Source of the DNA: Squalus acanthias
Taxonomy: Eukaryota
Direction: 5' to 3'
Length of the DNA: 64,000 bases
NCBI GenBank assembly: GCA_030390025.1
Contig: CM059425.1
Coordinates: 176,578,001-176,642,000, forward strand
The position numbers and the translations under genes were made by a program. The notes below the pieces were generated by a model, which saw only the letters and a list, made by a program, of their open reading frames with translations, was not told the origin of the DNA and searched no databases. Below are positions 26,150-37,844 of this stretch, one piece after another (positions within the stretch are counted from its first letter, which is position 1; each line of letters opens with the position of its first letter).

Positions 26150-27935
26150 GGGCTGAATTTTGCCGGCGCTCAGAGTGTAGGTTTGGAGGCGGGTCCATTG
26201 TCAAAATCACGAAGATTGACAGCGGGACGATATTCCGCTGTAAACCCGCCTCCTTGTCAGTTTCCCAAGTGTCGGATCTGTCATCCCTGAACAGACCCGA
26301 CATCAAGTGGCGGGTCAGCCAATTTAGATAGTTAAAAGCTTATTAAAAGGTAGTTAAGAACCATTTTCCCATGTACTTACCATTTTACCAGGTCTTCAAC
26401 GAGGTTCCCGAGAGCGGCTATCACGTCAGGTAAGTGTGTCGGGTTCTCAATGACTGTGGATTGCTGTAAATAGGTGAAAGCTACAAAAGTGGTATAAAAC
26501 CTACCATTTCACAGCTGTTCATTTCCCAATCTTAGAAGCTGGAGCATTAATGATTTGGAACCCACTTTTGAGCTTTATGCACTTTTGAAGTGTTTGGAGT
26601 AATTTCTCTATCCACTGTCACCTCCTTGGAACAACCTATCTCAACATTGACAGATTGCTTTTGTCATCTCAACCTCACCTGCCAGCTATTCCATCAGCAT
26701 CGGTACCCTTGAAAAAATCTCACCTAGGTCCTCAGAATCCCAACATGATCAGTCCCAACACCAGCATCACCGGGCACACCAGCAGCACCAACATCCACAC
26801 AAACCTTCTCCGCAATCAATTGATGCTGCACTGGCCACAGGGCATCATCACCTGTGCACATTGCTGCCCGGGACACCAGCGATGGCCTCACCATGTCCAG
26901 ATTTGCTTCACTTAACACTGTACACCTTGGCTGCACCAGGTTGACACCACCCCACACCAGCACCATAAAGCATCCCTACAATGTCCAAGCCATTCCTTTC
27001 ACACTCATCACCATTGGTAGTGGGGGTGGGGGGGGAACGTTATGTCTCACCCTTCACTGCAGCTCACTAACACACTTTCAAAGATGCACACAAATCTGTT
27101 CAAGAATGCAAAGTGTTCAAAATAAAGCTTTCAATGTTTGACAGCACATTACCAGAAACTTCACATGAACATTGGCTAAAACTCCCAAGTGCCTACCCTT
27201 GTGTGTTGTTAGTTGGTATGCTTGCAGTAGGATGAGGGTGAGTGTGAGGGATGGCTAGTGAGATGGGGGAAGTGATAATGTAGATAGAGAGGAATGGGTG
27301 GAGGTGCAAGGTAAGTTGGTGTGAGTAAGGATGTGCAGGAGTAGGGTCGGGAAGGCAGAGTGATGGGGATGTGATGAGTGGCACAGCAGGATGAGGTTGA
27401 ATGTGGCTTGGCAGTAACATTTCATGATCTACTGAGATCATTAAAAGGTTTGCGCCACTGCAGCCTGGTCCTCCTGATGACATTCCTACTTGTGCCCTCC
27501 TGTGCAATGTGCAACCAGGCTGCGTTGGTCTCCTGGAGAGGTGTCTTTTGCCCATTGGAAGGGAAGAGAACCTCCCTGCGTGCTGTGAATCCCTCCATAA
27601 GCATATGGAGGGAGTCATGGGAGAGCCTGGGTGCAGCCGTGCACCTCTGTGCAGTGCTTGTCAGTGTTTGCAGCACCTCAATGCTGTAGAACACTGACAG
27701 CAGAACTGTCAAAATCATTGTGGACATGGCCCCTTTAGGAAACCGGCTGATGACATGTCATCAGATGACATCATCAGGCCTGCTTCCTATTAATTGGCCG
27801 GGAACCTCACAGGGCGGCTTAACAGCCCAATCATGGCAAAGTCACTTGGAGGAGGCGGGATGAAGACGGGTGCGGAGTTTGAAGCCGCTGTCTATTCCGG
27901 CTGCACCGACTCGCCACAGCTGTGAAATCGCGGCC
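26150..27935. mobile_element. Non-autonomous Harbinger derivative (transposase tips plus Myb exon 1 remnant)
   Basis: Ends GGGCTGAATTTTGCC / GTGAAATCGCGGCC. Minus-strand Myb remnant (APRLSHDSLHMLMEG..RREVLFP..QWRKPFNDL). Confidence 0.85.
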
Positions 27936-28220
27936 ACTATTTTCAGGCTTCTCATGTTTAACTGGAGGAAATTGCAGCTCAATCAAGAGAAACTGCTTTA
28001 TCTGCTAATGGTAAGACATGGCTATGAATTAGCAACTGTCTAAATGGAAGGATCCAGAGAGTTAGAAGAAGATATTGAATGAGGTACCACAGCAATCTGT
28101 GCTGGGACCCCTCCTGTTTCTGGGTATATGTCATGACTTTGATTCACAGTGCAGTGAAAGGTAGTTAAATTTGCAGATAAAACAAAGTAGCAGGGCCAAG
28201 GACTTAGTGAAGAAAATAAT

Positions 28221-29131
28221 GGCCTCAATTTTAAGCATCCCCGCCCCCGACAGGCAGGAGAGGGTTGGGCTGTAGTTAAAATATCAGGTTCAGACAACCC
28301 GACCCCAACCCCAACCCCATCCCATTCTCACCCCTTTAAATTTTAAAATGCATTATTCAAGGTACTGTTCAGGCCTGCCCCAGCCCTCCCGATCGCAGGC
28401 CTACCCTCCACCCCTGGCCTTGCCGGCCGCCTTGTCGACCAGAGCCTTCTTTCCAGTGCCAACCGGCGCTTCCTTCACCCTCCCCCCTCCCGATTGCCGA
28501 CCACCCCTTCTCCTCTTGAGGGGCATAGATAGGGTAGATTGAAATGAACTTTTCCCCTTAGTAGAGGGGTCAATAACAAAGGGGCATAGTTTCAAGGTAA
28601 GGGGCAGGAGGTTTACAGGGGATTTGAGGAAAAACTTTTTCACCCAGAGGGTGGTTGGAATCTGGAACTCACTGCCTGAAAGGGTGGTAGAGGCAGGAAC
28701 CCTCACAACATTCAAGAAGCATTTAGATGAGCACTTGAAACGCCATAGCATACAAGGCTACGGACCAAGTGCTGGAAAATGGGATTAGAATAGATAGGGC
28801 TTGATGGCCGGCACGGACACGATGGGCCGAAGGGCCTCTTTCTGTGCTGTATAACTCTATGACTCTATGACTCTTCCTTTTCTTCCCCCCCCCTCCCGAT
28901 TGCCGACTGGAGCTTCTTTCCCAGTGCCATGGTTTTCCAGCTCTGGCCTCCTGCTGCTAGTGTTTCTTCCCACCAGACAGGCTGTCTATTTGGCCGACTG
29001 CCAGGCAGGAGGAGGTGCCACAATATGTTAATGAGGCCCTGCCATTAAGAACCGCTGGTCCTTCACGTCCCCAGCCTTGCAGGGTTCTTTGGCCAGTTTT
29101 GGCCTCCCCGCACCCAATTAATATCGGGGCC
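28221..29131. mobile_element. MITE-like element (Harbinger-type ends), itself interrupted by a CR1 3' end
   Basis: Ends GGCCTCAATTTTAA / TTAATATCGGGGCC, interrupting the CR1 remnant. Confidence 0.65.
28516..28871 (+). mobile_element. Short CR1 3' fragment
   Basis: Highly similar to the reverse complement of 830-1165. Tail actctatgactctatgact. Confidence 0.9.
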
Positions 29132-31189
29132 CATGTCTTACAAGGGTCGTCTGGCAGGTTTCATACATGGGCTGATCAGTGATAAATGGCATTCAAAGTA
29201 TGGAAATGCATGATGATGATTATTGGAATTAAAATCCAGAGGTACATGTGCTCCATGAATAGAACAGAGCTTGCTCAGGGAGGAGTTGAAAAAGACGAAT
29301 GGGAATTTGTTGGCTTGTTGCTCAGCACGCCCAACCAGTGTACAGCAGCGAAGAACAAATGAAACAGATTCCGAGTTATATTGCCAAATTAGTTGAGTTC
29401 AAATCTGAAGAGGTCAATTGTCAGCTGTACAATGCTTTGATCAGACTACACATTGAGTACTGCATACAGCTTGATCAGCACAGCATAATGGAAGAATCCA
29501 AGTCTGAGAGGCAGAGGATAGCAATGAGGCTGATTCCCAGGGATAAACTTGGTACATTGGGGCTGATCAATCTCAAAAAGAGAAAACTCAGAGGATCATA
29601 TCGGAGTTATATGTGATACTTAAGACAATAGAGAAACTAAACACCGAACAATTCTTTCAGAAATGCCAAGTTCAGAGCTGCAATGGACAAGTTTTGGACA
29701 GATGTAAGGAAGTATTTCTTTACACAGAGCATGGTCAACACCTGCTAGGAATGGTGGATAATGCCAGGATACCAGGCTCATTTAGTAAGGTTGGTATTCT
29801 ATAAGGATGCCACTAAATGTGCTGAATGGCTAACAATGTACCAAGTTTATCCCTGGGGATCAGCCTCGTTGCTATCCTCTGCCTCTCAGACTTAGATTCC
29901 TCCGTTATGTGTGTTGACCAAGCTGTATGCAGTGCTCAATGTGAAAATAACTTTGATGGGATCAAAAACTGGCAGCTCATCCAGACAGCTATTTTTTATG
30001 TATGAGCCTGGACAATGAGGGGTGAATTTCCGTGGGAGTTTACCTGCTCATCAGCGGTAATTTTGGCAGAAGAGCTGCAGGAATCCCAGAAAAACGGTTT
30101 CTGCGGCTCATCCAGTGAAGTTGCTGCTGACAAGCAGGTGGACTGCCATGGAAACTCATCCCGAGGTTCATAAAACTCTTCAAACCTGAAGTGAATCACA
30201 GCCGAACCCAAACCGCCCTATGGATTGAATATGGGACTTTCCTAGTCGTTATTATTCAGTATCACACTGGGTGGTCCATATAACCAGTAAACCATCGAGC
30301 GAAATTACTAATTATTAGTTATTTTTATAGTTCCGTGAACATAATATATAGAATAATGAATAATGTTTAGAAAGTTACAAGGCTTTATTTTCATCTAGGG
30401 TTTCTGATGATTCCATAAACTGTGAAAGCACAAGTCATGAACATCAGTGGAACCTTCAGACTATATTATACTAACTCTACAGCAGCCTATTATTTAGAAC
30501 CAAACATAATGTTTTCAAAGTAAAAAAGCTTTCTGTAATACTTACCATGACAAGTAAGTTGCTGCTGAGATCCAATGCTCTGAGGAAATATCATGAAATC
30601 CATTAATTGTTGTGAACAACAGCACTAAATCAGAAGAGGACCTAGCACCAGTATCATGGTTATTCATCATTGTCTGCGCTTTATTATTTCAACTTTTTGT
30701 CACCTGTTGTGTTCCTGCTCCCTTGTTACCCCCATTAGGAAAGTTGTCTAAATGCAATTGTGTTCCCAGTCCAAAGAATCACTGAACACAGAAACTAGTC
30801 ACATTGCTTCCCTGGGTAGCTTACAAACAACTGCAGTTGGTTTGCTTAAATAAATCCAGAGATTCCATTTTCAAATTGGCCCAACAACACAATCATTAAT
30901 ATTGTTTTTGTAACAGATTCAGCTCTATTTGCTATTGGCATTCATCTAATTACCTGGAAAAGCAGCTCATATTCTCGGGAGTTGAAGTCAACCGCTAGAG
31001 CAGCAGAAGATAGACAGAGATTACACTGATCCTCACAGAATGCTATTAAAATGACACCGGAATACATCAAAGGACTATAGTCTCCCTGAGATTTCCAAAG
31101 ATTTGTACACATTTGTTTCTTCTGGAATATATGGAAAATATGCAGAACTTGTTTTACATTTTGTTAGGCCTGGAAGTTGTGCCTACCAT

Positions 31190-31466
31190 GCTAGCTGATA
31201 TTGTTAAGGGTTCCCTCTCCTCAGGTATTATCTCCCTCCCTATCAAATCTTATGTCATCACCCACTCCTCAAAAAGCCTACCCTTGACCCCTCTGTCCTT
31301 GCAAATTACCACCCCATCTCCAAATTCCCTTTCCTCTCCAAAGTCCTTGAATGTGTTGTCACTTCCCAACTCATTTCCCATCTTTCCCACAACTGCATGT
31401 TTGAACCTTCCCAATCAGGTTTCCACGCCTACCACAGCACTGAAACAGCCCTAATCAAAATCATCA
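31190..31466 (+). mobile_element. L2 LINE RT fragment
   Basis: Degenerate KKPTLDP..NY.PIS.LPF.SKVLE and QSGF..YHSTETAL-type coding remnants. Confidence 0.7.
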
Positions 31467-33693
31467 GCCGGAATTTTCCGGGGTGGTAGCGGGCTCGATC
31501 GGTGGCGGGTCGGGTGGGAAAGTTGTTATTTTTGACAGCGGGAGAGGAACCTGCTGTCATCTTGCTCCCACACGCCTTTCCCCCAGGCGAGTCTGTCATC
31601 GCGGACCCGACCCAACCGGCAGAGGCGGGCGACCCAATTGAGATGATTAACAGCTAGTTGTCAGACCCTTAACAGTCGTTTTTAACTTACTTTTTAAATT
31701 TCACCAGAACCCCACTGCTCCGGAACCACATCTGTCAACCTGAGGCGGGAGTTCAATCGCCATTGCTCCAGCTGATTATTTGACAGCATCAAATGTACAG
31801 TAAAAGCTCCCATCTGACAGATCATCACTTTCCTCAGTCAGAAGCTGTTGTTCAGTCCATTTCTAGCATAGATTCTGCAGGCTGCAATTCTTTCCAGCAA
31901 AGTCTCCATCCAGTGTCACCTTATTGGAAGAAATCTCTCACCATTGACAGAATGCTTCTGTCATCTCTACTTCACCTGCCATCTATTCCATCAACATGGG
32001 TGCAGTTTATACTGCCTCACGTTGGCCCTCAGAATTGGACCACAATGAGCCCCAACACCAGCAGCACCAGGCACAGCAGCAGCACCAACAACAACACCAA
32101 CCTTCTCCGCAATCAGCGCTGAACAGACCCGACAAACAGTGGCGGGTTCACAACAGGGGACCTATAATTAGTGCCCACGGGGTCCACGCTGGTCATGGAC
32201 CACGTCTGTCAAGCTGAGTCGGTAGTTCAGTGGCCATTGAATCAGCTGTTGAGTTGACAGTTTCAAATATACAGTAAAAGCTTCCACCTGACTGAGATAT
32301 CTTCCCTCAGCCACAAACTCTTCCTCACTGCATTTCCACAACATTCACCATGCTGCAAGTCTTTACACAAGTCTCCATCCAGTCTGACCTCATTACCTCT
32401 CCCACCATTGACAGATCGCTTCTGTCATCTCTACTTCACCTGCCATCTATTCCATGAACATTGGTGCCCTTTATACTCTCTCACCTTGGGCCTCAGACTC
32501 CCACCATGATCAGTCCCAACACCAGCAGCACCAGGCACACCAGCAGCACCAACAACACCACCAACCTTCTCCGCAATGACTTGATGCTGCACAGGACAGA
32601 GGGCATCAGTAGCCGACCACATTGCTGCCCGGGAGGCCAGGGATGGCCTCACCATGGGCAGACTTACTTCACTTGATGCTGTATATCTTGGCTGCCACAT
32701 GATGCGCCAGGTTGGCACCAACCCACACCAACACCATAAAGCATCTCTACAATGCCCAGACCATTCCTTTCACACACATCAGCATTGCGGGGGGTACCAT
32801 TATGTCTCACCATTCACTACAACTCACTAAGTCACTTCCAAAGGTGCACACAAATTTGTCCAAGAACACAAAGTGTTGAAAATAAAGGTTTCAATGTTTG
32901 ACACCACATTAACAGAAACTTTACATGAACATTGGCTAAAACACCCAAGTGCCTACCCTTGTGTGTTGTTAGTTGATATGATTGGACTAGGATGAGGGCG
33001 AGTGTGAGGGGTGGCTAGCGAGAAGGGGATGTGATAATATAGATAGAGAGAGAGAGGGATGGGTGGAGGTGCAAGGTAAGTTGGTGTGAGCAGGAGTAGG
33101 GTAGGGAAGGCAGAGTGATGGGAATGTGATGAGAGGCACAGCAGGATGAGGTTGAGTGTGGCTTTGTACTAACGTTTCGTGATCTACTGAGATCATTGAA
33201 AGGTTTGCGGCACTGCACTCAGGTCCTCCTGACCACATCCCTGCTTGTGCCCTCCTGTGCAATGTGCAACCAGGCTGCGTTGATCTCCTAGTGAGGTCTC
33301 TTTCGCCCATGGGAAGGGAAGAGAACCTCCCTGCGTGCTGTGACTCCCTGCATAAGCATATGGAGGGAATCATGGGAGAGCCTGGGTACAGCCGTGCACC
33401 TGTGTGCAGTGCTTGTCAGTGTTTGCAGCACCTCAATGCTGTAGAACACTGACAGCACAAATGTCAAAATAAAGTTGGCCATGGTCCCTTTAAGGAAACC
33501 GGCTGATGACGCATCATCAAATGGCATCACCAGATCCACTTCCTCTAATTGACTGGGAAACATGCTGGGCAGGCTTAACAAGGCCAGTCAAGGGAAATTC
33601 ATTTCAGAGGCCGGGATGGAGCCAGCAGCAGGGTTGGGACCCGCCACCGACATCGCCCGCCATGGACCCACCGAGGTTCGTAAAATCGCAGCC
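31467..33693. mobile_element. Composite of two Q/H-rich Harbinger derivatives
   Basis: Left end GCCGGAATTTTCC, right end GTAAAATCGCAGCC. Q/H block present twice (about 32050 and 32520). Myb remnant on the minus strand at about 33170-33440. The flanks (L2 vs CR1) do not match. Confidence 0.8.
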
Positions 33694-34255
33694 TTTGTGT
33701 CCTCCTCACAGCTTACTTTCCCACCTAGCTTTGTTTCGTCAGAAAACTTGAATACAATACATTCGGTTCCTTCATCTAAGTCATTAATATAGATTGTAAA
33801 TAGCTGAGGCCCAAGCACTGATCCTTGCGCAACCCCACTAGTTACAGCCTGCCAACCGGAAAATGAACCATTTATCCCTACTCTCTGTTTTCTATCCATT
33901 AACCAATCCTCTATCCTAGCTAATATATTACCCCCATCCCCATGAGCCCTTATCTTGCGTAGCAATCTTTTATGTAGCCCCTTATCGAATGCCTTTTGGA
34001 AATCCAAATATACTACTTCCACTGGTTCCCCTTTATCTACCCTGTTAGTTACATCCTCAAAAAACTCTAATAAATTTGTTAAGCACGATTTGCTTTTCAT
34101 AAAACCATGTTGACTCTGCCTAATCATATTATGATTTTCTAAGTGCCTTGTTATCATTTCCTTAATAATGGTTTTCAGCATTTTCCCGACTATTGATGTT
34201 AGGCTAACTGGCCTGTAGTTCCCTGTTTTCTCTCTCCCTCCTTTCTTGAATATGT
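33694..34255 (-). mobile_element. CR1 RT fragment
   Basis: FKKGGREKTGNYRPVSLTS...QGSVLGPQLF...[11 protein letters not shown]; same family as 18795-21119. Confidence 0.92.
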
Positions 34256-34339
34256 TTTTTATGTTAAAGTATAAAAATAAAGTGATTATAACCATAAGAC
34301 TGAATTCTTTACCATTCAACTGAACAACAGAAGACTGTT

Positions 34340-36390
34340 TTAAAACACCACTCTCCTTTGTTTTCCTGCTGAGTGGGATTGTCCTCGCCTGGTTCCACTC
34401 TTACCTATGCAATCGTAGCCAGAGAATCTCCTGCAATGGCTTCTCTTCTCAACCCCATACTGTTACCTCTGGAGTTCCTCAAGGATCTAACCTGGGCTCC
34501 CTCCTATTTCTCATCTAATGCTGTCCCATCAGGTGCCACATGTACGCTGACGACATCCAGCGTTACCTCACCACCACCTCTCTCGGCCCCTCCACTGCTT
34601 CTGTGTTGTCCAACAGCCAGTCTTGTTTGTGCCACAATTTCCTCCATTTAAACATTGGGTAGACTGAAGCCATTTTCTTCAGCCCCTGTCACAAACTTCA
34701 TTCCCGTACCATCGATTCTATCCCCCTCCCTAGCCACTGTCTCAAACTGAACCAGACTGTTTGCAACCTCAGTATTTTATTTGACCCAAAGCTGAGATTC
34801 TGACCCCATAGCCACTTCATCACAAAGATCACCTACTTCCACTTCCGTAACATTGCCCATTTCCATCCTGCCTCAGCCCATCTGCTGCTGAAACCCTCAT
34901 CCGTGCTTTTGTTACCTCCAGACTTGACTATTCCAGTGCTCTCCTGGCTGGCCTCCCACCTACCACCCTCTGTAAACTTGAACTCACCCAAAACTCTGCT
35001 GAACTCACCTTGGCCCTCAGAATTGGACCACAATGAGCTTGCCCTGTGCTTGCTGACCTACATTGGCTCCCGGTTCACCAATCCCTCAATTTTAAAATTC
35101 TCATCCTGGTGTTCAAATTCCTTCATGGCCTTACCTTTCCCTATTTCTGTAACTTTCTACAGCCCTACAACCCACCAAGAACTCTGCGTTCCTCCAACTC
35201 TGGACTCCTGTATATCCCTCATTTCCTTTGTCCCACCATTGGCGCCGTACCTTCAGCTGCATAGGTCCTAAGCTCTGGAATTCTCTCCCTAAACTCTATG
35301 GGGGAAAAATTCAGTTGGTTGCACCTCCTGTTAGCGCCTTAAGAGGGCGCTAATGGGGCGCAAAGCATCTAGCGCCCAGGCGTGGCGAAGTTTGCGCCGC
35401 TCGCGAAATTAACTAGACATTTTGCGGCGGCGCTAAACACTGCCGCCACGATCTCCTGCGTCGGCAGATCATGACGTCAGTCGAGTGCGCAACGCCCCGG
35501 TATCGCCCCGGAGCGAATATTGAGTGGCGCCCCCTGCCTTACCGCCTGACGCTAGCAACGACAGGTTGAGGGGAGCGTTCTGCAGTCATGAAGGGAAAGG
35601 GGGAGCGCTATTTAAAGGTGACCGCTTCCTGCCTTTTATTGTTGGTGCCATTTTTGAACTACGCATTCTGAGAGAGAGAGGGAGAGACTTCTGGAGAGAT
35701 TCAACGTTGTGTGAAGGAGTTTTGGGTACTGAGCAGCACTTTGCAGGTTCATTTTGATTTGCCATTCCTTGTATCGATTTAGCAGAGACTGTGGGGGCTG
35801 CACTCTGAGCTCTTTGCCTGGTACTCTCCATTGTTCTTTCCAGCACATTTGATGTGCAGGTCTCTCCAGGCCGAGATTCAAGGCTGCAATGAACAGGATG
35901 TGGATGGAAAGCAAGATTAACCATCCCCTTTAAGAACTGGCCCATGCCATTGTGTGTGTGTTCCATTGCTGACTGACATTACATGAGCTTCGCCAGCGCT
36001 CTGAGGTAGCGCCTCGCTCCTCAGTCTTTGCGCCTTAAGACAGGTGTGAAGCGCCTGATTTAGCGCTCCACTCACCTCCCGGGGCGATAAAAGTCAAGTT
36101 TGCAGTCGGTGGCGATAATTAGCGACAGGCGCTAATCTTTGCGCCCGGCCGATAATTGCGCCCCAAATGGGGCGATACTGAATTTCTCCCCCTATGTCTC
36201 CCCACCTCTCTTTACCATTTAAGACCCTCCTTAAAACTTACCTCTTTGAGTAAGCTTTTAGTCTCCTGTCCTAATATCTCTTTCTTTGGCTCAGTGTCAA
36301 TTTTTGTCTGATTACATTCCTGTGAAGTGCCTTGGAACGTTTTCCTACATTAAAAGCGCTATATAAATGCAAATTGTCATTCTTGTTGTG
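34340..36390 (+). mobile_element. L2 LINE 3' part, interrupted by a MITE
   Basis: GVPQGS.LG remnant, MYADD, LHWLPV..FKILILVFK, LWNSLP and the L2-type tail GCGCTATATAAATGCAA. Confidence 0.85.
35300..36192. mobile_element. Harbinger MITE (893 bp)
   Basis: TIR GGGGGAAAAATTCAG / CTGAATTTCTCCCCC with TAT TSD. Arms match the ends of 56174-60404. Confidence 0.95.
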
Positions 36391-37329
36391 TATACTGTAC
36401 TTACATTCCCATTAAAATTTATGTTTAGTGAATTATATTCAGTATTAAAACTACTCAAACACTGTCAGAAACCCAATGCTTTAAAACTATGTATGTAAGG
36501 AAGCAACCTTACAAGCATTGGGTACAAATGATCATTTGATTATCTACAGAACTCTGCACACAATAGTGGCCAATTTACTCAACTCTTCCTATGTTTTAAT
36601 CCATTGCCCTCTGCGGTATATAAATCATTTTGGCATTTCAGTCTTAACTAATGGGATTTCCATCTACCTTGAATCCACTTGAATGGTCATAAAGATGCAG
36701 TTTGTAATAACTTCAGTTTGTGCATGAATGGGTCTCTTCTTTCACCTTAAAATGAGACACTTCTACTTTAATTTCATTATACGTTTGTGAGATGAGGCTA
36801 GAGTCTGTATTCAAGTCAGCTTCTCTTCATTTTGTTATTCTCTAGATGTACAATTATCTTGAAAGTGGAAGAATATTACAGTTTTTTAGAACTAATATAT
36901 ATTTGTTAAAATGCCTAACAAATACTATGCCTCTATATTAAAATCCTTTTACTAAATGTTCCTACCAGAACACATGGATTAAGTTTCCTTGGGGGCTGGG
37001 GGTGGGGGGAGGGGGTGGGGGAAGGGGGAAACAAGTAGTGTTCATGAAGTTGAAGATGATCCCAATAGTACAACCCATTGAATAGGCCTTCCAATGCCTT
37101 ACGGGAAATGTTTTAGTTTCACATTCCCAGCTTCTATAGTCTTTTTGCTTTTATACTTTGCTTCTTTAAATCTCATTTGTTTCTTTAATACATTGTTGTA
37201 ATGTATGACTGCATCATCTAACAATCTCCTGCTTTTCATTTAAGCAGGCAACAGGTCATCCAACTGATACTTCCTCCTTTTCTCTCTCCTCTTCCTTCTG
37301 GCTGATTCTATTAAAATGTTTGCTGATTT

Positions 37330-37445
37330 TTCAGTTCTGAAGAAGGGCCCCAAAGCTTTCCCTGTCTGTTCTCTCCAGAGATGCTGACTGACCCACTCGG
37401 TGCTTCCAGCATTTTCAGTCTTTTTGTTCCAGCTTGCCAGCGTTA
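37330..37445 (+). mobile_element. Decayed Penelope-like terminal-repeat fragment with broken hammerhead
   Basis: AGTTCTGAAGAAGGG...TCTCTCCAGAGATGCTG...TTCCAGCATTTTC resembles 52191-52310. Confidence 0.65.
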
Positions 37446-37844
37446 TTGCTTTTTATTCCCAAGTTACACTGCCACTTTGGCATCAATGCATACTTCAACA
37501 TGAAAGTGCTTGGATTACTGCGGCCTTAGTAGAACATTTTGCTAGCTGACATTTTGCATTTTGAGATCATTATACAATTTGTTTAGCTGATAAGCAGGAA
37601 TGGAACTGCAATTCATATTACTTCTAAAAATCTCTTTTCATACTAATTCTTTTTACTACAGGGACTCACTACACGTCAATAAAAAACAAATACTGTGCAA
37701 CAAATTGCCCACACTATGGTGTGATGTGCACAAGCTGATATACTGTCTGCTTTAGGAAGGTTCTCTCAGGTTACTGACAAGTTGATAGTTTTGGCACTGC
37801 CTCCAGAATGTTTTGCAACCATTCATTTGCTGCCTACTGAAAAT

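Larger units (their letters stand above)
28140..29850 (+). mobile_element. Highly decayed CR1 fragment hosting a MITE
   Basis: KFADK at about 28168 and LYNALIRLHIEYCIQ at about 29425. Confidence 0.6.
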
